DNA of 64,000 bases from Lama guanicoe. Its lineage: Eukaryota. The position numbers and the translations under genes were made by a program. Shown piece after piece: positions 1-12,600 of the stretch. The stretch is from the NCBI GenBank assembly GCA_013239625.1, contig MU054323.1, forward strand, positions 3,088,161 through 3,152,160. The letters run 5' to 3'. The first letter of the stretch is position 1; each line of letters begins with the position of its first letter. Under the pieces are notes generated by a model. It had not been told where the DNA came from and ran no database searches. It saw only the letters and a list, made by a program, of their open reading frames with translations.

Positions 1-290
1 TCCCTTTTCAGCCTATGTCCTGCTCACTCCCCAGCCTTTACTCTGTGCTACAGCCACTCCAGCCTCTCCTCTCCTTCTGCCAAGAGTTTTCTTCCTCCGT
101 CACAACCATCCCCCTTGGTTGATTGCTGAGCTCTTTCATCCTCCAGACGCATCAGCTTCCTCCAGGAAGACTTCTGCTTCTCTTCATGAGTAATTATCAT
201 CTTCTCCTCAAAACTCCCAAAGAACTCCTTCTGAATCTGTCCTACTGCTCTGATGCTCAATAAACAAATCGTATGAATGTCAGCAATTTC
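1..290 (+). mobile_element. Degenerate LINE-2 3' fragment
   Basis: Pyrimidine-rich L2-like body ending in TGCTCAATAAACAAATCGTATGAATG, resembling the L2 3' terminus. Confidence 0.5.
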
Positions 291-1611
291 CCTCATTAGG
301 AACTGAGCTCCTGCTTCCAGCCACATCAACAGCAAAACAGAAAAATCCAACTCCCCAAGACCATAAGCAGAAAAGGCTATAATTCAGCTTCATTCTCAGT
401 CTTAATAAAAAGCATTTGCAATGCTGCTAATGCTCCTCTGGGCCTGTAAACATTTTTACTCCAAACACATCAGCTGCAAAATGTTGGCGCCCCTCTTGAC
501 GGAAGAGCAAGAAGGCCAAATGCATTTTAGGCCAACAGCCAGGGGGTGGGAGCTGAGACCCCACTCTGGGCAGGCTAGCTACCCAGCGTCTGGGTGGGCA
601 TGTGCACTTCACAGGCAGAACCAAGCTAGTAAAATGAGCGCAGAGGAGGCGATGTTTTTGTTCTTTTTCAGAAAGTATCCCCAGTGTTAAATATAAAGCC
701 TCATGAAATACTTCGCCGCTCAAATCAAGAAGTGGAAAGCATTGAGATGTTTGGACCCTTCACGGCTACCACGGCCCAGAGCGGTTCGCACCTCCCGCAG
801 GCAAAGCCAACTAAACTCAACCGGAGTGAAACTTGGATGCCTTTCCCCCTCTTAGCTGCCTGGGGGGGACAATTAAATTAAAAGTGTAATGACTTTACAT
901 CAGGAGGAAGTTTACCCATGCCACACGTGAAAAGCAGAATCCTGATTTCACAGTCACACCTCTGCGCTCCACGGGGAGGGACCAAACACGAGCGGTCGTG
1001 GAAAGGAGGAAAGAACAGTGAGCAAATTCTTGAGCTGGGGTTTCTGGGTCCCGGCAGTCTTCTCCCCGTTTAAAGAATGCCTACCTTTTCTGAAGATAGT
1101 GGTATGTAAGAATCCCAGAGATTTGTTTGGATCTCCGACATTCGTACTTTACAGCAGGAACTCTCGGCAAGTTAGGAGTTTTCACCAAAGTGAAAAATCA
1201 TTCGCTTTGACAAGAGACCTATAAACAGAAGACATGGGAGTCGTGCATATGCTAATGGCTTTCCCCTGCGAGGGCCTTGCGGTCTTGAGGTTTCAGCCCC
1301 AACTTGTACTTCAATTGGTGCCAAATCTAACCTGCTCGCAATCTTCAGTAGGAATCCCTGCTTTACATGAAACAAATGGTATGAATCACAGATGTTATGG
1401 GAGTGTTTCTGAATAAGAAAAGTTTCCCTGCAGAGTTTTGATGATTTGGTAGTTGGGTAAATGATCTTCCTAAAAATGGAGCAGTAACCTGATAGCTGAA
1501 AGGTTATGAGTACAACAGAGCTTTAAATGTTTTCTAAATTAACGCATTACACAAGGAAAAATCAACCAGCAGACATTTGTGGGCCCATGATGCTTCTCAG
1601 TGGGTCCTAAC

Positions 1612-1735
1612 TTTACTGGAATGTAGGCTCCGTGAGGGCAGGGACGCGGTATTATCCACCGCTCTATCTGCCATACCTAAAAAGAGGGATGGGCATGTGG
1701 TAGGTATCAATAAACATCTGGTAGATGAATTGGAT
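1612..1735 (+). mobile_element. LINE-2 3' end
   Basis: CTGGAATGTAGGCTCCGTGAGGGCAGGGAC...GTAGGTATCAATAAACATCTGGTAGATGAAT matches the L2 3' terminal consensus. Confidence 0.7.
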
Positions 1736-2344
1736 AATTAATTAATTAGTCTTTATTATTGAAAAACAGTATTGCCTAGGGGGCCCCCAGCTGTCCTAGG
1801 AAATCTGAGACCAACCAAACATTTAGAACTCACTGTGCAGAAAGCCAGCAGACATGAGTCTTGTCTATTTCCTGTACAGTAACTCTGCTGAAAGCAGCAA
1901 TCATGGAAAGTCAAGTGACCCCATCATTCATCCACCCAACACTTACTAACTGAGCACACACTGTGTTCCCTTTCTTGGGTTAGGACAAGAACCACAGAAA
2001 TGACCAGAACGCCATTGACAGAAGTGGCATCTTGAATGCATCCACGCACGATGATCTATCGAGCCCTGAATGGATTTCCAGCCTAGCTGAAGGCTGAACA
2101 TTCAGCCAAAACACAATGCACGGACATGTGTCCCTTTGATTCCTGATCTTTCTCATGTCCATGTGTTTTGCCCCAGGGATGTGCCGAAACCTGGAGGGAG
2201 GGGTCACAGATGCAGGCCAAGAACAGAATATGTTATGTAGCAAAGCAAGGGAAGGCATCTTAGAAAGCTGGCAAGGAACAGGTTTCAAAATATCCTGGAT
2301 CCAGGAGAAAGAAAAGAAGGAAGCATTTTAAAACCACAAAGGAC

Positions 2345-2590
2345 TGCAGGCAGAGTGGTTAAAAAGATAGACTTGGAACAAATCAACCTGGGTTAGAATC
2401 CAAGTTTTGCAGATTAGCGGTCATGGGATGTTGGGCAAGTTAAGCTAGCTGAATCTCAGTTTCCTGGTCTGCAAAACAGAGGTAATGCTATGAATGCCTC
2501 ACAGAGTAGTCGTAAGAATCCACAGAGATAAGGCCAAGCGCATTCCCCTATCCCACGAAGCTCTCAATAAACTGCAGCTATTCTATCAAC
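2345..2590 (+). mobile_element. MIR SINE
   Basis: GAGTGGTTAA...CCTGGGTTAGAATCC...TTGGGCAAGTTA...CTCAGTTTCCTGGTCTGCAAAACAGAGGTAAT core and CTCAATAAA tail. Confidence 0.75.
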
Positions 2591-4312
2591 AGTAGTTTGG
2601 GAAGAGCGAGCTGAAGGTGCACACATACTCTGTCTCATCTCCCCAGACACCATCCAGTCCTACTGTGTTCACAGGGAACACTCCTGTCTGCCATAGTCAA
2701 GCCGTCTCCCAATGTCATCTGCTGTGTGAAGGTTTCCCTGGTTAGCAGGACAAGGTATGGTTGTCTCCCCTCTCTGAGAACCCACAATGCCACCTTCCTA
2801 CCCCTGGGGCAGGCCACAGTGCAATTCTGCCTCATACCGTAGAAATCAGTGTTCTCTTTAAATCTGCCTCATCAGACCAAAAAGCTCTTTGAGGGCAGAG
2901 ACAGCCCCTTATACGCAGACCCCACGCAGGGGCCAGCCTGGATGCATGTCCCTTATCTGAATCCAGATCAACCTCAGTTTTACAGGTGAGGCAACTGGAC
3001 TCAAGGCCTTTCAGCCCATTCGGGGTCAAAGTGGACCTGCCCATTGGTCTCTTCTGCTTCATGCCAAAACTCTGTTCCCAGGACTACCACCGTCCCCTCT
3101 GGGGACCACAGCGGCACTCCACACCTATCTCTTGGTGGAATGGAGCACTCACTGCAGACCAAGCTCTGTCCGGGCAGGAGAGGGGACTGTGGGAAAGGCT
3201 GAGAGCCCTGCCGAGGTCCGGGGACGACAATGCCAAGATCCCAGCTGGTAACAGCATGTTGGCCTTGGCTGTGCCTTGCCTTTGGAAACCAGGCCAAGGG
3301 AAGTCTCTCCCTGATGGCCAGCGCAGGCAGGTCTGGCTGAGCCTCCCACCACCCGGGAAGCTGGCCAGCAGCACCCAGATAGTGCTTGAGCCAGCCACCC
3401 AGCTGCACTCGCCTCACCCATGTTCCCACAAGAGCCCTGTCCCCAACACTGCTCCAACCACCTGCTCCATCTGGGGTGAGGCTTCTAGAACCCAAGTCCA
3501 ACCACCTTACTTGCCCAGCTCCATGCTCCTGCACCTTCCCTCTGCATAGCTCCTGGAACTGAACTAAAACAGCTGGAAGATAGAAAATGGGAGTCTCCAT
3601 CCATGGCCCATGGGGAATGCTCTGTCTCTAGGCACCTGGGCCCACTGGACTCCCAGCCTATGTCACCTGGAAACCCCTCATGTATCCGTTCACCTGGGCA
3701 TCGATCCAACCAACCCACAATAACTAGGAAGGGAATCTCAAGGATGAAAGGGCTGGAGAAAAAAGACTAGTATTTGAGCTGGACAACCAGGAACCCAGAT
3801 TTTAGCCCTGGATCTGTGCTAACTTGCCATGAATTGTCTTACACTGGCCCCATCTCCTTCTGTGCTTTCATGGATCTCTGCTTTCAAACGGTCACCTGGA
3901 GCCCCAATTCCCACTACAAACCAGAGCTATCGTCTTTGAGACAGGGGTGGGGAGGGGGTGGAGACCACCCCACTCAGCCCCCCTCTCTTTCTTTGAAGGT
4001 CCTGAGGACAAGGATCAGCCAGGTTCTGCTCTGCCCAGGGGTGCTGCAATCAAACGTGACCCAGGGGCTGGTGGGCAGCTCAGCTCCAAGGAGAACGTTT
4101 TTTCACAGCAGAGCAGGGATTGTCGACTGTGGACGGGGCCTCTCCTGACCCGCACAGCTAACCCCAACCAGCATGAATGAAGTCACTGCCACACTTAAGC
4201 CCTCCCAGAAAATGCATAATATATGAACAATGATAGACATTTTCTGTGCCTATCAAGGTGGAGGCAACCACCTCCACGCCAGGACATCCACCCAGAAAGC
4301 TGCCTGCCTCAC

Positions 4313-4388
4313 CTGAGCAGACCCTCCACACAGCTCGGCCACCTGCTCCAGCACATCCTGCAGGCCAGGCTGGGAGTCAGGTGTCCAT
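4313..4388 (-). other. Candidate 76-nt internal exon
   Basis: Minus strand: pyrimidine tract gtcttcctcatcttgtcctctccctgctgcag|ATGG and donor CAG|gtgagg; motif evidence only. Confidence 0.35.
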
Positions 4389-4620
4389 CTGCAGCAGGGA
4401 GAGGACAAGATGAGGAAGACGTGGGCCACCCAGGCTGATGAGGGGAGCAGACCGGGACCAAGGAGTGTGGTCATTGCAGGACGGAAGGAACAGTGGTGCT
4501 GGGGACAAAGGGCAAACAGCAAACTGCCAAGGAGGAGTCGGACGGGGCGGGAGCGATAAGGCGGAAGTGGCACTCACAGCTGAAATCCACGCCGTGGGGG
4601 CGCTGCTACCCCTAGAGCCA

Positions 4621-4639
4621 CAGCGCCCTCTGCCGGTGA
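4621..4639 (-). promoter_or_regulatory. CTCF-binding motif in a CpG-rich patch
   Basis: Minus strand TCACCGGCAGAGGGCGCTG fits the CTCF core; GC box GGGGCGGG (~4544) and ETS motif GCGGAAGTG (4561) lie nearby. Confidence 0.6.
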
Positions 4640-4889
4640 CGGGCGGCTCGGAGGACACTCCAGCCAGAGGGGTCAAGGGCCCGGCTAACCCACAAAGGAC
4701 CTGCACCCTGAGCTTCAAATGATCAACTAATTAAAACACTCTGTGTCTTCCCCACAAAATGGAAGAAACTGAGATAACAGAGAACAATGGAAAGAGGAGA
4801 CTGGTGTTTGGGTCCTCCAGCTGTGTGACTTCAGGCGAGGCATTAACCTCTCTGATCCTTCCTTCCTTCCTTGTCTAATAATGTATAGT

Positions 4890-5080
4890 AGCATCTTACA
4901 TTTATTTTTAAAATGTTTAGATCACAATGTACTTTTACATCAACTATCTTGATTTAATTCTCACAAACCCCTGTGAGATAAGAAGTGTCTCCTTCATTTC
5001 AAAGATGAGGAAAAATAGGATCTGAGAAGTCAAACTTTCTTCAAGTAAGGGGTGGAGTGTCTGGTCTGGAACCAGATCTC
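4890..5080 (-). mobile_element. MIR SINE
   Basis: ATTTAATTCTCACAAACCCCTGTGAGATA...CATTTCAAAGATGAGGAAAA is the reverse MIR core. Confidence 0.65.
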
Positions 5081-5479
5081 TTAAATGGGCCCTGCACTCC
5101 CGACTCTACCTACCTGCCTGGGACAAGCTTCTAGTCCAGGTTGTGCAAACCTCTTGTCACCTGTGGAGACTTTCTGCCTCTCGTGACTTAAATATCTGGT
5201 TTCCAGCATCCTGATTTTCTGCAGGCTGGGTCCCTCCAGGGAAGCTGGGGGGAAAGCCCTCCAGCTCCAGGGACACTCATTGTTCAAAGACCCCCAGATG
5301 GAACATTCTCTTCTACCTCGGCTCCGCCAGACATAGCATCTCCATCAGCAGATCCCTGGAGACAACAGAGGGAGCAGGACCTCTGGGTCAGCTGCGAGGA
5401 TGGGTGGCCAGGTTGGGCCGGGAGGTTGAAGGGTTCATCCAGAAGCAGATAAACGTTACAGGAAAAAGAGGGAAGAGGG

Positions 5480-5755
5480 GCGACCACATCAGCAACTGCC
5501 TGCATCGACGACGCTGGCTGACAACACCAGCGGCAGAAGGCACCCTGTGAGGTAGCGGGGCGGGTGATGGGACAGTGAAGCCTCAGTCCCAGCAGGACGA
5601 GGCTGCACCTGGCTCGGCGGCCCGCTGGGCCCACTGCCCAGCCGGCCTCGCGGGCAGCACTGACTCACCGGGGGGCCTGGGGGCCAGCCTGGCCCGGCTC
5701 TCAGCACATCTGACTCACCGTCTCCTGCCTGAGCCACTGTACGACATTCCTTCTC
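5480..5755. promoter_or_regulatory. Putative AP-1/TEAD enhancer
   Basis: CpG-enriched; CTGACTCACCG at 5660-5670 and 5710-5720; TEAD-like ACATTCCT at ~5745. Confidence 0.45.
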
Positions 5756-6039
5756 CCAGAAACAACATCCATCTTTTTTTTTTAAACTGGCAGAGGAGCT
5801 CTTTCATGTTCTTGGGACTGTAAACTAAGCATCGAATTTTCCGCAACTTTTCCTAGTAAGTATGCCTTGTGGGAAAGTGAAAAACAAGTCCATTTTAGGG
5901 CCTGAACATTTCCATAATTTTAAGCTGCCTTAGTTTCTTCCCAGGTCATTCACCTGGGGGAGGCCCAAGGCGAAAATGTTTTCGAGGGGCCAGGGACCAA
6001 AGAAAGCACAAGGACAGGTGGCCAGATCCGCTCAAAGGA

Positions 6040-6220
6040 GTATTTAGTATACAATAGCGTATCTTTACAATAAGCTGAAACAGTCAGAATTATTATCCCC
6101 ATTTTACAGCCATGGAAACTGAGGCTCAAGGAGGTTAAGGAACTTCCCTTAAGGTAAGTGTTGGAGTCAGGATTCAAGTTCAGGTCCCAAAGCTTCCATG
6201 CCTTGCCTAAACCACACGGC
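6040..6220 (-). mobile_element. MIR SINE
   Basis: TTATTATCCCCATTTTACAGCCATGGAAACTGAGGCTCAAGGAGGTTAAG...GGATTCAAGTTCAGGTC. Confidence 0.75.
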
Positions 6221-7499
6221 TTCTCTACTCTCAGCCCCAACACGTCCAGGTAGAGAGTAGCCCATTCTCCTGCAGTTTGCACACTCCTACAGGTGTGCTG
6301 AGGTGTTTCCTTAAGGAGAATCCCCGCCCCCCTGCATCTCCTTGGCCAGGCTCCTGCCCCACCCAACTCCTGAGGCCCAAGCCCCTGGCTACACCTGCTG
6401 GGGAAAAGGCAGACGATGAAAGAGGCACTGCCATCTGGTCAGGGAGCGTGTCCTCCTGGGAAATGACTGACCTCTGCCAAACTGTGCAAGACTCCACTCC
6501 CAGGTCCCCCCATGAGCCCCCCTGGGCACAAGGCAAAGCCTCGTACATAAAGTCTCCAGCAAGGACACAGATGGTCCTTGGGAGGATATCTGCTCATTGG
6601 CAGATGGGCATACCAACACGCAGGCGGCCAGGTGGGCCCTGCCCAGGTGCAGCGAGCCCATGCTGAATATTGGATTTGCTCCTCCAAACCCACCCTCTGC
6701 CCTGCTCTGTGCCCTGCAGGCTGGCCTGGGGCTCTACAAATGGGCTTCCTTGCCCTCTGGTTTCCGGGTGGGTTTGGCCGGTGGAAGGTGCTAGCAACAG
6801 AGCAGAGGGTGAGAGTGAGTACTTACTACTGCCCAGCAACCACCATGTCACCAAGCCACAGCCTCTTCCACCAGAGTCCCCTGCTCCTCTCGGCAGCCTT
6901 TCCCCTCGGCCACCACTGTCCCTACACTGTCAGCTACCGCTCCTCCCGCTCCTCGCCCCCCACTGTTGCCTGCCCAGGGCGCTTCAGCATCCCTTTCATG
7001 GCCCTCGTCCTTCTCACACTTTGTAAACAGTCCCTTCATTCAACTCTCCCCAGTTACCCCTGCTGTCTCCTGCCAGGACCCTGACTCATGTTGAGCCGTT
7101 TAGGGCAGAGGCACTGATCTAAGCAGAAGGAAGGGTGGGGTAAGCGGGGGCTACTTCTGTGGCTTTTCTTTGGCTTTTCTCACCATCAGAGTCTGAACAT
7201 TTTTCATGCTGCTCTTAGTGCATTTGCTATTCATTTAAATTATCAGATGCAATCTAGAAGTACACATTCCTGCTAGCCACAGCCTCAATGCCCTGGCAAT
7301 GAATTCCTTGATGACTAAAGGAAGAAAGACCTTGGCCTTGGAGGCTTCCCAGGAGCCACAGGTGCACATACTCACCCTCACTACACAGGCCAGGTGGCAC
7401 CATGACCCCAAGTGACATCGTGACCCCATGTGACATGCTGTTCATGGCATGGTTTTGGATTTAAGTGTAGCATTTTTATCTTAACATTTTTTTGATAAA

Positions 7500-7930
7500 T
7501 CCATTAACATCTCTGTTTCCAATAGGACTGACTTGCTTTTAGTCTGTACAGATCTGTTCTTGATGCGAGAGATAAAGACGACCAAGATCCATGCCCCACC
7601 CTCAAGGAGCTCGCAGAGGAGAATACAGTATGTTGGAGCTGTAAGAGCATGAAGGTGGCCCGAACGCCGCCAGGAGGTAGCAGGGAAAGCTGCATGTTGG
7701 AGGTGGGATGCAAGTGATTGCTGAAAGGTGGGAAAGGAGCTCCGCGGGTGAACCTGGTGAAAACGCACTCCAGGCGGTGGGAACAGTACATGTAAGGGTG
7801 TGGAGGCGGGGAACAGTAGGCTGGGTTTCGGGGGCCACGACCAGGGCCCTATGACTAAAGCTTGGCATGTGCGTAGGGACCTAATAGTCATCAAACTGGA
7901 GAGGGAGGCCAAGACCTTGCAACCATGCTC
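7500..7930 (-). mobile_element. Degenerate LINE-2 fragment
   Basis: Reverse L2 3' region (...AAGATCCATGCCCCACCCTCAAGGAGCTC...GGGAACAGTACATGTAAGGGTGTGGAGG). Confidence 0.5.
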
Positions 7931-9485
7931 GTAATTCAGAAGGAAGTTAGAAAAAAAAAACAAAAAAAAAACCCGTAAACCAAATTATAAAGGACTGTGT
8001 CAGCAAAGACCCACATGTGAGGCGCTGCTAAAAGACAAAATGGTCTTTTAAGTACAAAGCATTATGTAGTCAACCCATTTCTGGGTTCAAATTTATGCCC
8101 CAGAAAAATGAGACCTGAAAAGTTAAAAAACACAGGTCACATTTTTGAAGTTGTTTAAATAATAGACATTATTAAGGATACATAGTTCATGAACTAGTGT
8201 GTATCTGAGCCAGCTGGTCAGAAATAGCTCTTAAAAATGGAGATACAGATGGATGGAAGGAAGGAAGGAACATAGATGAGACAGAATGAATGTATACATA
8301 GAAGGTATAAATACATAAAAAAAGAGAAATAGGTTAAAAACAAGTAGGATGTTCCCAAAGCATTCATCGGCCCCCACCCCCACCCCATCAAGTTTCTTTC
8401 TAACTCAGTGAATGAGCTCTGCCTGCTGTCATAAGAACAAAAATAATTTGGAAAACGAGAGGCTGAATTGGGAGCCAAGTTCAAACTCCCAGAGCCTTGA
8501 GAACACACAGTGCTGACCCCTACACAATCCCACAGGAAGCTGGGGAGAGGACTAACGTGCCCATCTTTGCCTCGTGTTGGCCCCGCTCTCCTGGACAAAG
8601 TGGAGCTCACATGTGGGGATCCTGCAAGAGAACAGGACTCGGGGGAGCATCCCAGACTGTAAATTCCGGGGAACATTACAACCAATTGAAGGAAACTCTT
8701 GCAATTTTGTGAGCCACAAATGTCTCCAAGGAAAGTCTGGTTCGACTTTCAGAACTGGCAATGCCTTCCTTCACGGCAAAAGGACAGTGGCCATGAAAAG
8801 ACCAGTTTTTCCTTCCCCGTTTTCCCAAAGGAATGGACCCCGAGCTGGGAAGGTTGTATTTTCCCCACCTGCGGTTTTAGGTTCAAGCCAAGTCAATAAA
8901 CTGAAATACTGCTCGGGTTCAGATGATCCTCAAAGAGGAAAACGGCAATTTTGCCTTCAAAGGGACAGACCCTGGAGCCAGGAAATAAGAATTATGTTTC
9001 CGGCTGTGCCAGGGGAAAGCTGGGCTGCAGGCTTTGCGGGGCCAAGCTGCCACCAAGTCCAGGGTAGCTGGGGACGGCCCAGGCCCTGGCAACAGTGGGC
9101 ACCTGCCACAAAAGGAAGACAAGCATTCGTCAGTGGGCAGAGCAAATGCTGAAAGGAGAGTCAACTGAACCAGGACACAGCTGTCTGCTAGTGCCTCCAA
9201 GAGCAGGGAAAATGGGGCAAAGACACCAAGGAAGGAACAGTCGGTCGTACAGATAACTGGTAGCAGCCATGTGAAATGGATGGAAAGCTGCCCTCGAAAT
9301 CACGAGGCCCCCATTCAAGCCTCTTCTTGACCACTCAGTTCCTTGTGGTCATTCTGCCGGCCTGGGCCTTCATTTTCTCATCCATAAAATGGACACAGTC
9401 ACATCAGCCCTGCTTATCTCACCAGCTCCCATGAAAGAATGAATGTGAGATGGCCTCAGGGTTCCAGCAAAAACCATTTTATGCA

Positions 9486-9620
9486 GGGGAAGGTATAGCT
9501 CAGTGGTAGAGTGCGTGCTTAGCATGCACGAGGTACTGGGTTCAATCCTGTGTCTCCATTAAAAATAAATAAAATAAATAAACCTAATTACCTACCCCCT
9601 CAAAACAAATTTTAAAAAAA
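9486..9620 (+). mobile_element. tRNA-derived SINE, camelid vic-1 type
   Basis: GGGGAAGGTATAGCTCAGTGGTAGAG (A box), GGGTTCAATCC (B box), then (TAAA)n, ACCTAATTACC and an A-rich tail; no tRNA acceptor end. Confidence 0.88.
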
Positions 9621-12600
9621 CACTTCATAGCATGTTCCAGAACAGGAGAGCCCCTCCCCAAGGGGTCTTGTTATCATGGACTTTCCTTGAGTCTTGGTTG
9701 GCATAGCAAGCCAGACTCCTCTCTTCCCGCTCCAATAAGTCTAGCTGCACGCCTGGCCTTGCCTAATTTCCCCATAACCAGCCCCAAATGTGGGCCTTCA
9801 TGCTGTCAGACGTCCCAGAGCCCAAACCCGGAGGATCCGTGCACAACATCAACACACCCCAGCTCTCAACAGAGCCCTGACAACGTGTGCCACGGGCTCA
9901 GTCTGATTAATCACACCGGTGTCTTCCTAGGCACAACGCTACGCAGAAAGACGTTTAATAGCTTTCAATACACATGGGAACCCGTGTTTCTCTCCACTCA
10001 GGGAAAATCTGCAAGATGCCAAGAGGTTTATTTTTCTAGGATTAATACAATGACAGGGAATCAGCCATATATATTGTTGAGTATGACGAGCCAAATATTT
10101 TTCTGTAATTTCTACAATAATATGAGGAAAGCTGAAAAAAAAAAAGGAAAAAAGCAGCCGCTGGTGTTAGGCTGGTCTTAGCAGGCGCCAGCCTCTGAAA
10201 CTAACAGCCATTCCTACCAATTACCAACAACGCTGTTTGCAAGACAGTTGCTTGATACACAAAATGGAATGTACAAACAGGAGCTTCCTGAGAAGAAGGG
10301 GCTTAGGGAAGAGAGACTGACCCAAGACAGAGGACTCCGGGGAGGGCCGGAGCGCTCAGCCTCCAAACCCTGTGATGTGCCTTCCCTGGGGCTTGCACAC
10401 AGCCGGCAAGGTCACGGAGATGCTGCCCCAAACGTACACCGATTTTAGCACAACTAGGGGTGGGGCGCAGTGGCGGGAGGGAGTTTGAGCTAGGAGGAGG
10501 GCACCGGGTTCCAGCCACGCATGTCCTCTAGCACCTTCAAACAACCTATTAACTGGGTTTTTCTTTCCCACCTTGAAACCTGATGGAGTGATGCTGGAAG
10601 GGCAAACATGAAACCAAAATTAAAAGAGAGACGAAGAAAGGAAGCTCAGTGAGAAGACAGGCCAAGGGTAAAACCATCTGCCTCCTTCTTCAGATGTGTG
10701 GTCGGAGAAGTGCCCCCACCCCAGTCCCACCCTAGGCCTGGCAGTAAGAGGTCCTAGAGCCTCCACGCTCAGCCTCGAGGAGAAGGGAAACTGCGGGAAT
10801 GGAGTAAGCAAGGTCATGGTGGAGAGGAAGAGAGTGCCCCAGGCTGGGAATCCAGAGAGTAGAAGTCTGATCTCTCTTCCCCACTCACTGGCTCTACGGT
10901 CTTGGATCAGCTGTCCCAGCCTCGGGGCTAAGGTGTCCTCAGTTCATGAGACTGTCATACAAATGAAGTGGGAGTGAGAGAATTAATGAAATACAAGGGA
11001 AGGCTGGAAGCTGGGGTCTAGGGGCTAGGCCCTTCTGTCTTCAAACTCTACTCTAAGGGAGATCACGTGGGCAGTGGGAAGCAAGCTCTCGCAGCGTCCA
11101 GCCAGAGCGGGGACTTCCTCTCATCAGGCCCAAGTCACTTCCAAGTCAGCTCAGAGGTGTTATCTGCCACTGGCCCCTGAAAGCAGTTCCCAAGCTTATA
11201 AGCTCCTAGATTATAAAACAAGAAGATCTTATAAGAAGCCAAGAAGCAGAGGCTGTGCCCCTCCCAGACCCCCAAGAACAAGGCACTATCCTGGGCATCA
11301 CCCCACCCCAGGGAACTGGAGCCCTGGCTGATGGCTACTTAGGTCAACTGATGGCTGCTACTTGTTCAGAGTCACAGAGGACTCTGTGCCAGAGTCGCCA
11401 GTGTGCACTTCCTGAACTCAGATGTCTGCGCAGTAGAAGGAAGAACTTCCTACCTGTCACAGTCACCAGCATGGCAGGTAGCTGCCTTCCCCACCCCCTC
11501 ACTGGTCCACCCAACTGTGTCCTCACACTCATAAACTCCTATCTCCCTAGGGCCTTATTTTAGCAAAAAGAGGTCTGGTTTAAAACAGAAGAAGAATCTT
11601 GCTGGGGAAGGGGCTGGGAGGGAGGAGCGACCCCATCGTGCCCTGCACTACTCAGACAGTGGAAGGGCTGAGGCAGAGACACCCAAGACGAGCGCAGATT
11701 CTGACACTGTGCAGACCAGGTGTCCCAAGGGGCCAGCAAGAGGGCCCTCTGGCTGCTGGGGTTAACAGAGTGAGAGAAAAGGGAGCCAGCAAAGCAGGCT
11801 CCCAGCAGGAGGCCAGCAGGAAACCCAGTGCTGGCTCTGACCGCCCTCTCCTGCCACACTGTGGGAACACAAGTGAGAGGTCCTGCAGAGAAGATGGCAA
11901 ACACTCCAGGGACAGGCGACAAGGTCCTGGTACATCCTGGATCTCCTGCACCCTCTCCCCGACTCCGCCCTCCTTGCCCCATGTCTGCCTGAGAACCCTG
12001 TCTGCTTTGTCCTTCCTCTGGGGTCCAGCGAGGAGGATGGGAGCAGCCCTGGGGCTCACTTGGCTATGCCCAGCCTCTTCTCTTTTGAAGTTCCATCCAT
12101 TCACTGAGCGTGTCGCGGGTGCCAGGACACAGGCACGAAGGGGACCCTGCCAGCTGTCGAGGAGCTCCTGGTCTGTGGGTTCATGGGCATCAGGGAAGGG
12201 AGAGCAGAGTGCTGTCCACCCCACGCCCGGCCAGCAGAAGGCCGTCTCCACCGGGGAGCCAGGGATTTGAGGGACAAACACCAAATGCTTTACCACTGGA
12301 ATAAAATTGAAAATGTCTCTGGAACCCACTTTCTCCAGAATTTCCAGGGGAATTTGGTGCAAGTGAGTCACCAAGGACACAATGGCTGGTTCCGAATGCC
12401 AGGCCAGCTGAGCTCGGTGGATGTTTAAACAGAGCTTGGGGAAAAGATGGTCCAAAACACTCGGGCTGCGCCTGCCCCAAAGCCAAAAGGGTTGCCTCCA
12501 TCCTTTCCAGCCCAGCCAGCTGCGGGCGGCTCGGCAGCCCAGTGCTCCTCTCTGAGGCTGGCTGAGGACAGGCGGAAACCCAGAAAACAGAGCGGACAAT

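Noticed and set aside
5317..5355. 39-nt in-frame minus-strand exon candidate
   Set aside because: Acceptor is plausible but the donor (GAG|gtagaa) is weak and the peptide is unrecognised
9486..9560. tRNA-like sequence (also at 13000-13078 and 13610-13682)
   Set aside because: A and B boxes are followed by an AT-rich SINE tail (and TSDs in two copies), with no complete cloverleaf; these are SINE heads, not tRNA genes
11652..12599. Longest ORF (315 aa, minus strand) and overlapping 167-223 aa ORFs
   Set aside because: No recognisable domain, non-ATG start, and ORFs open on both strands as expected in GC-rich DNA; not called CDS
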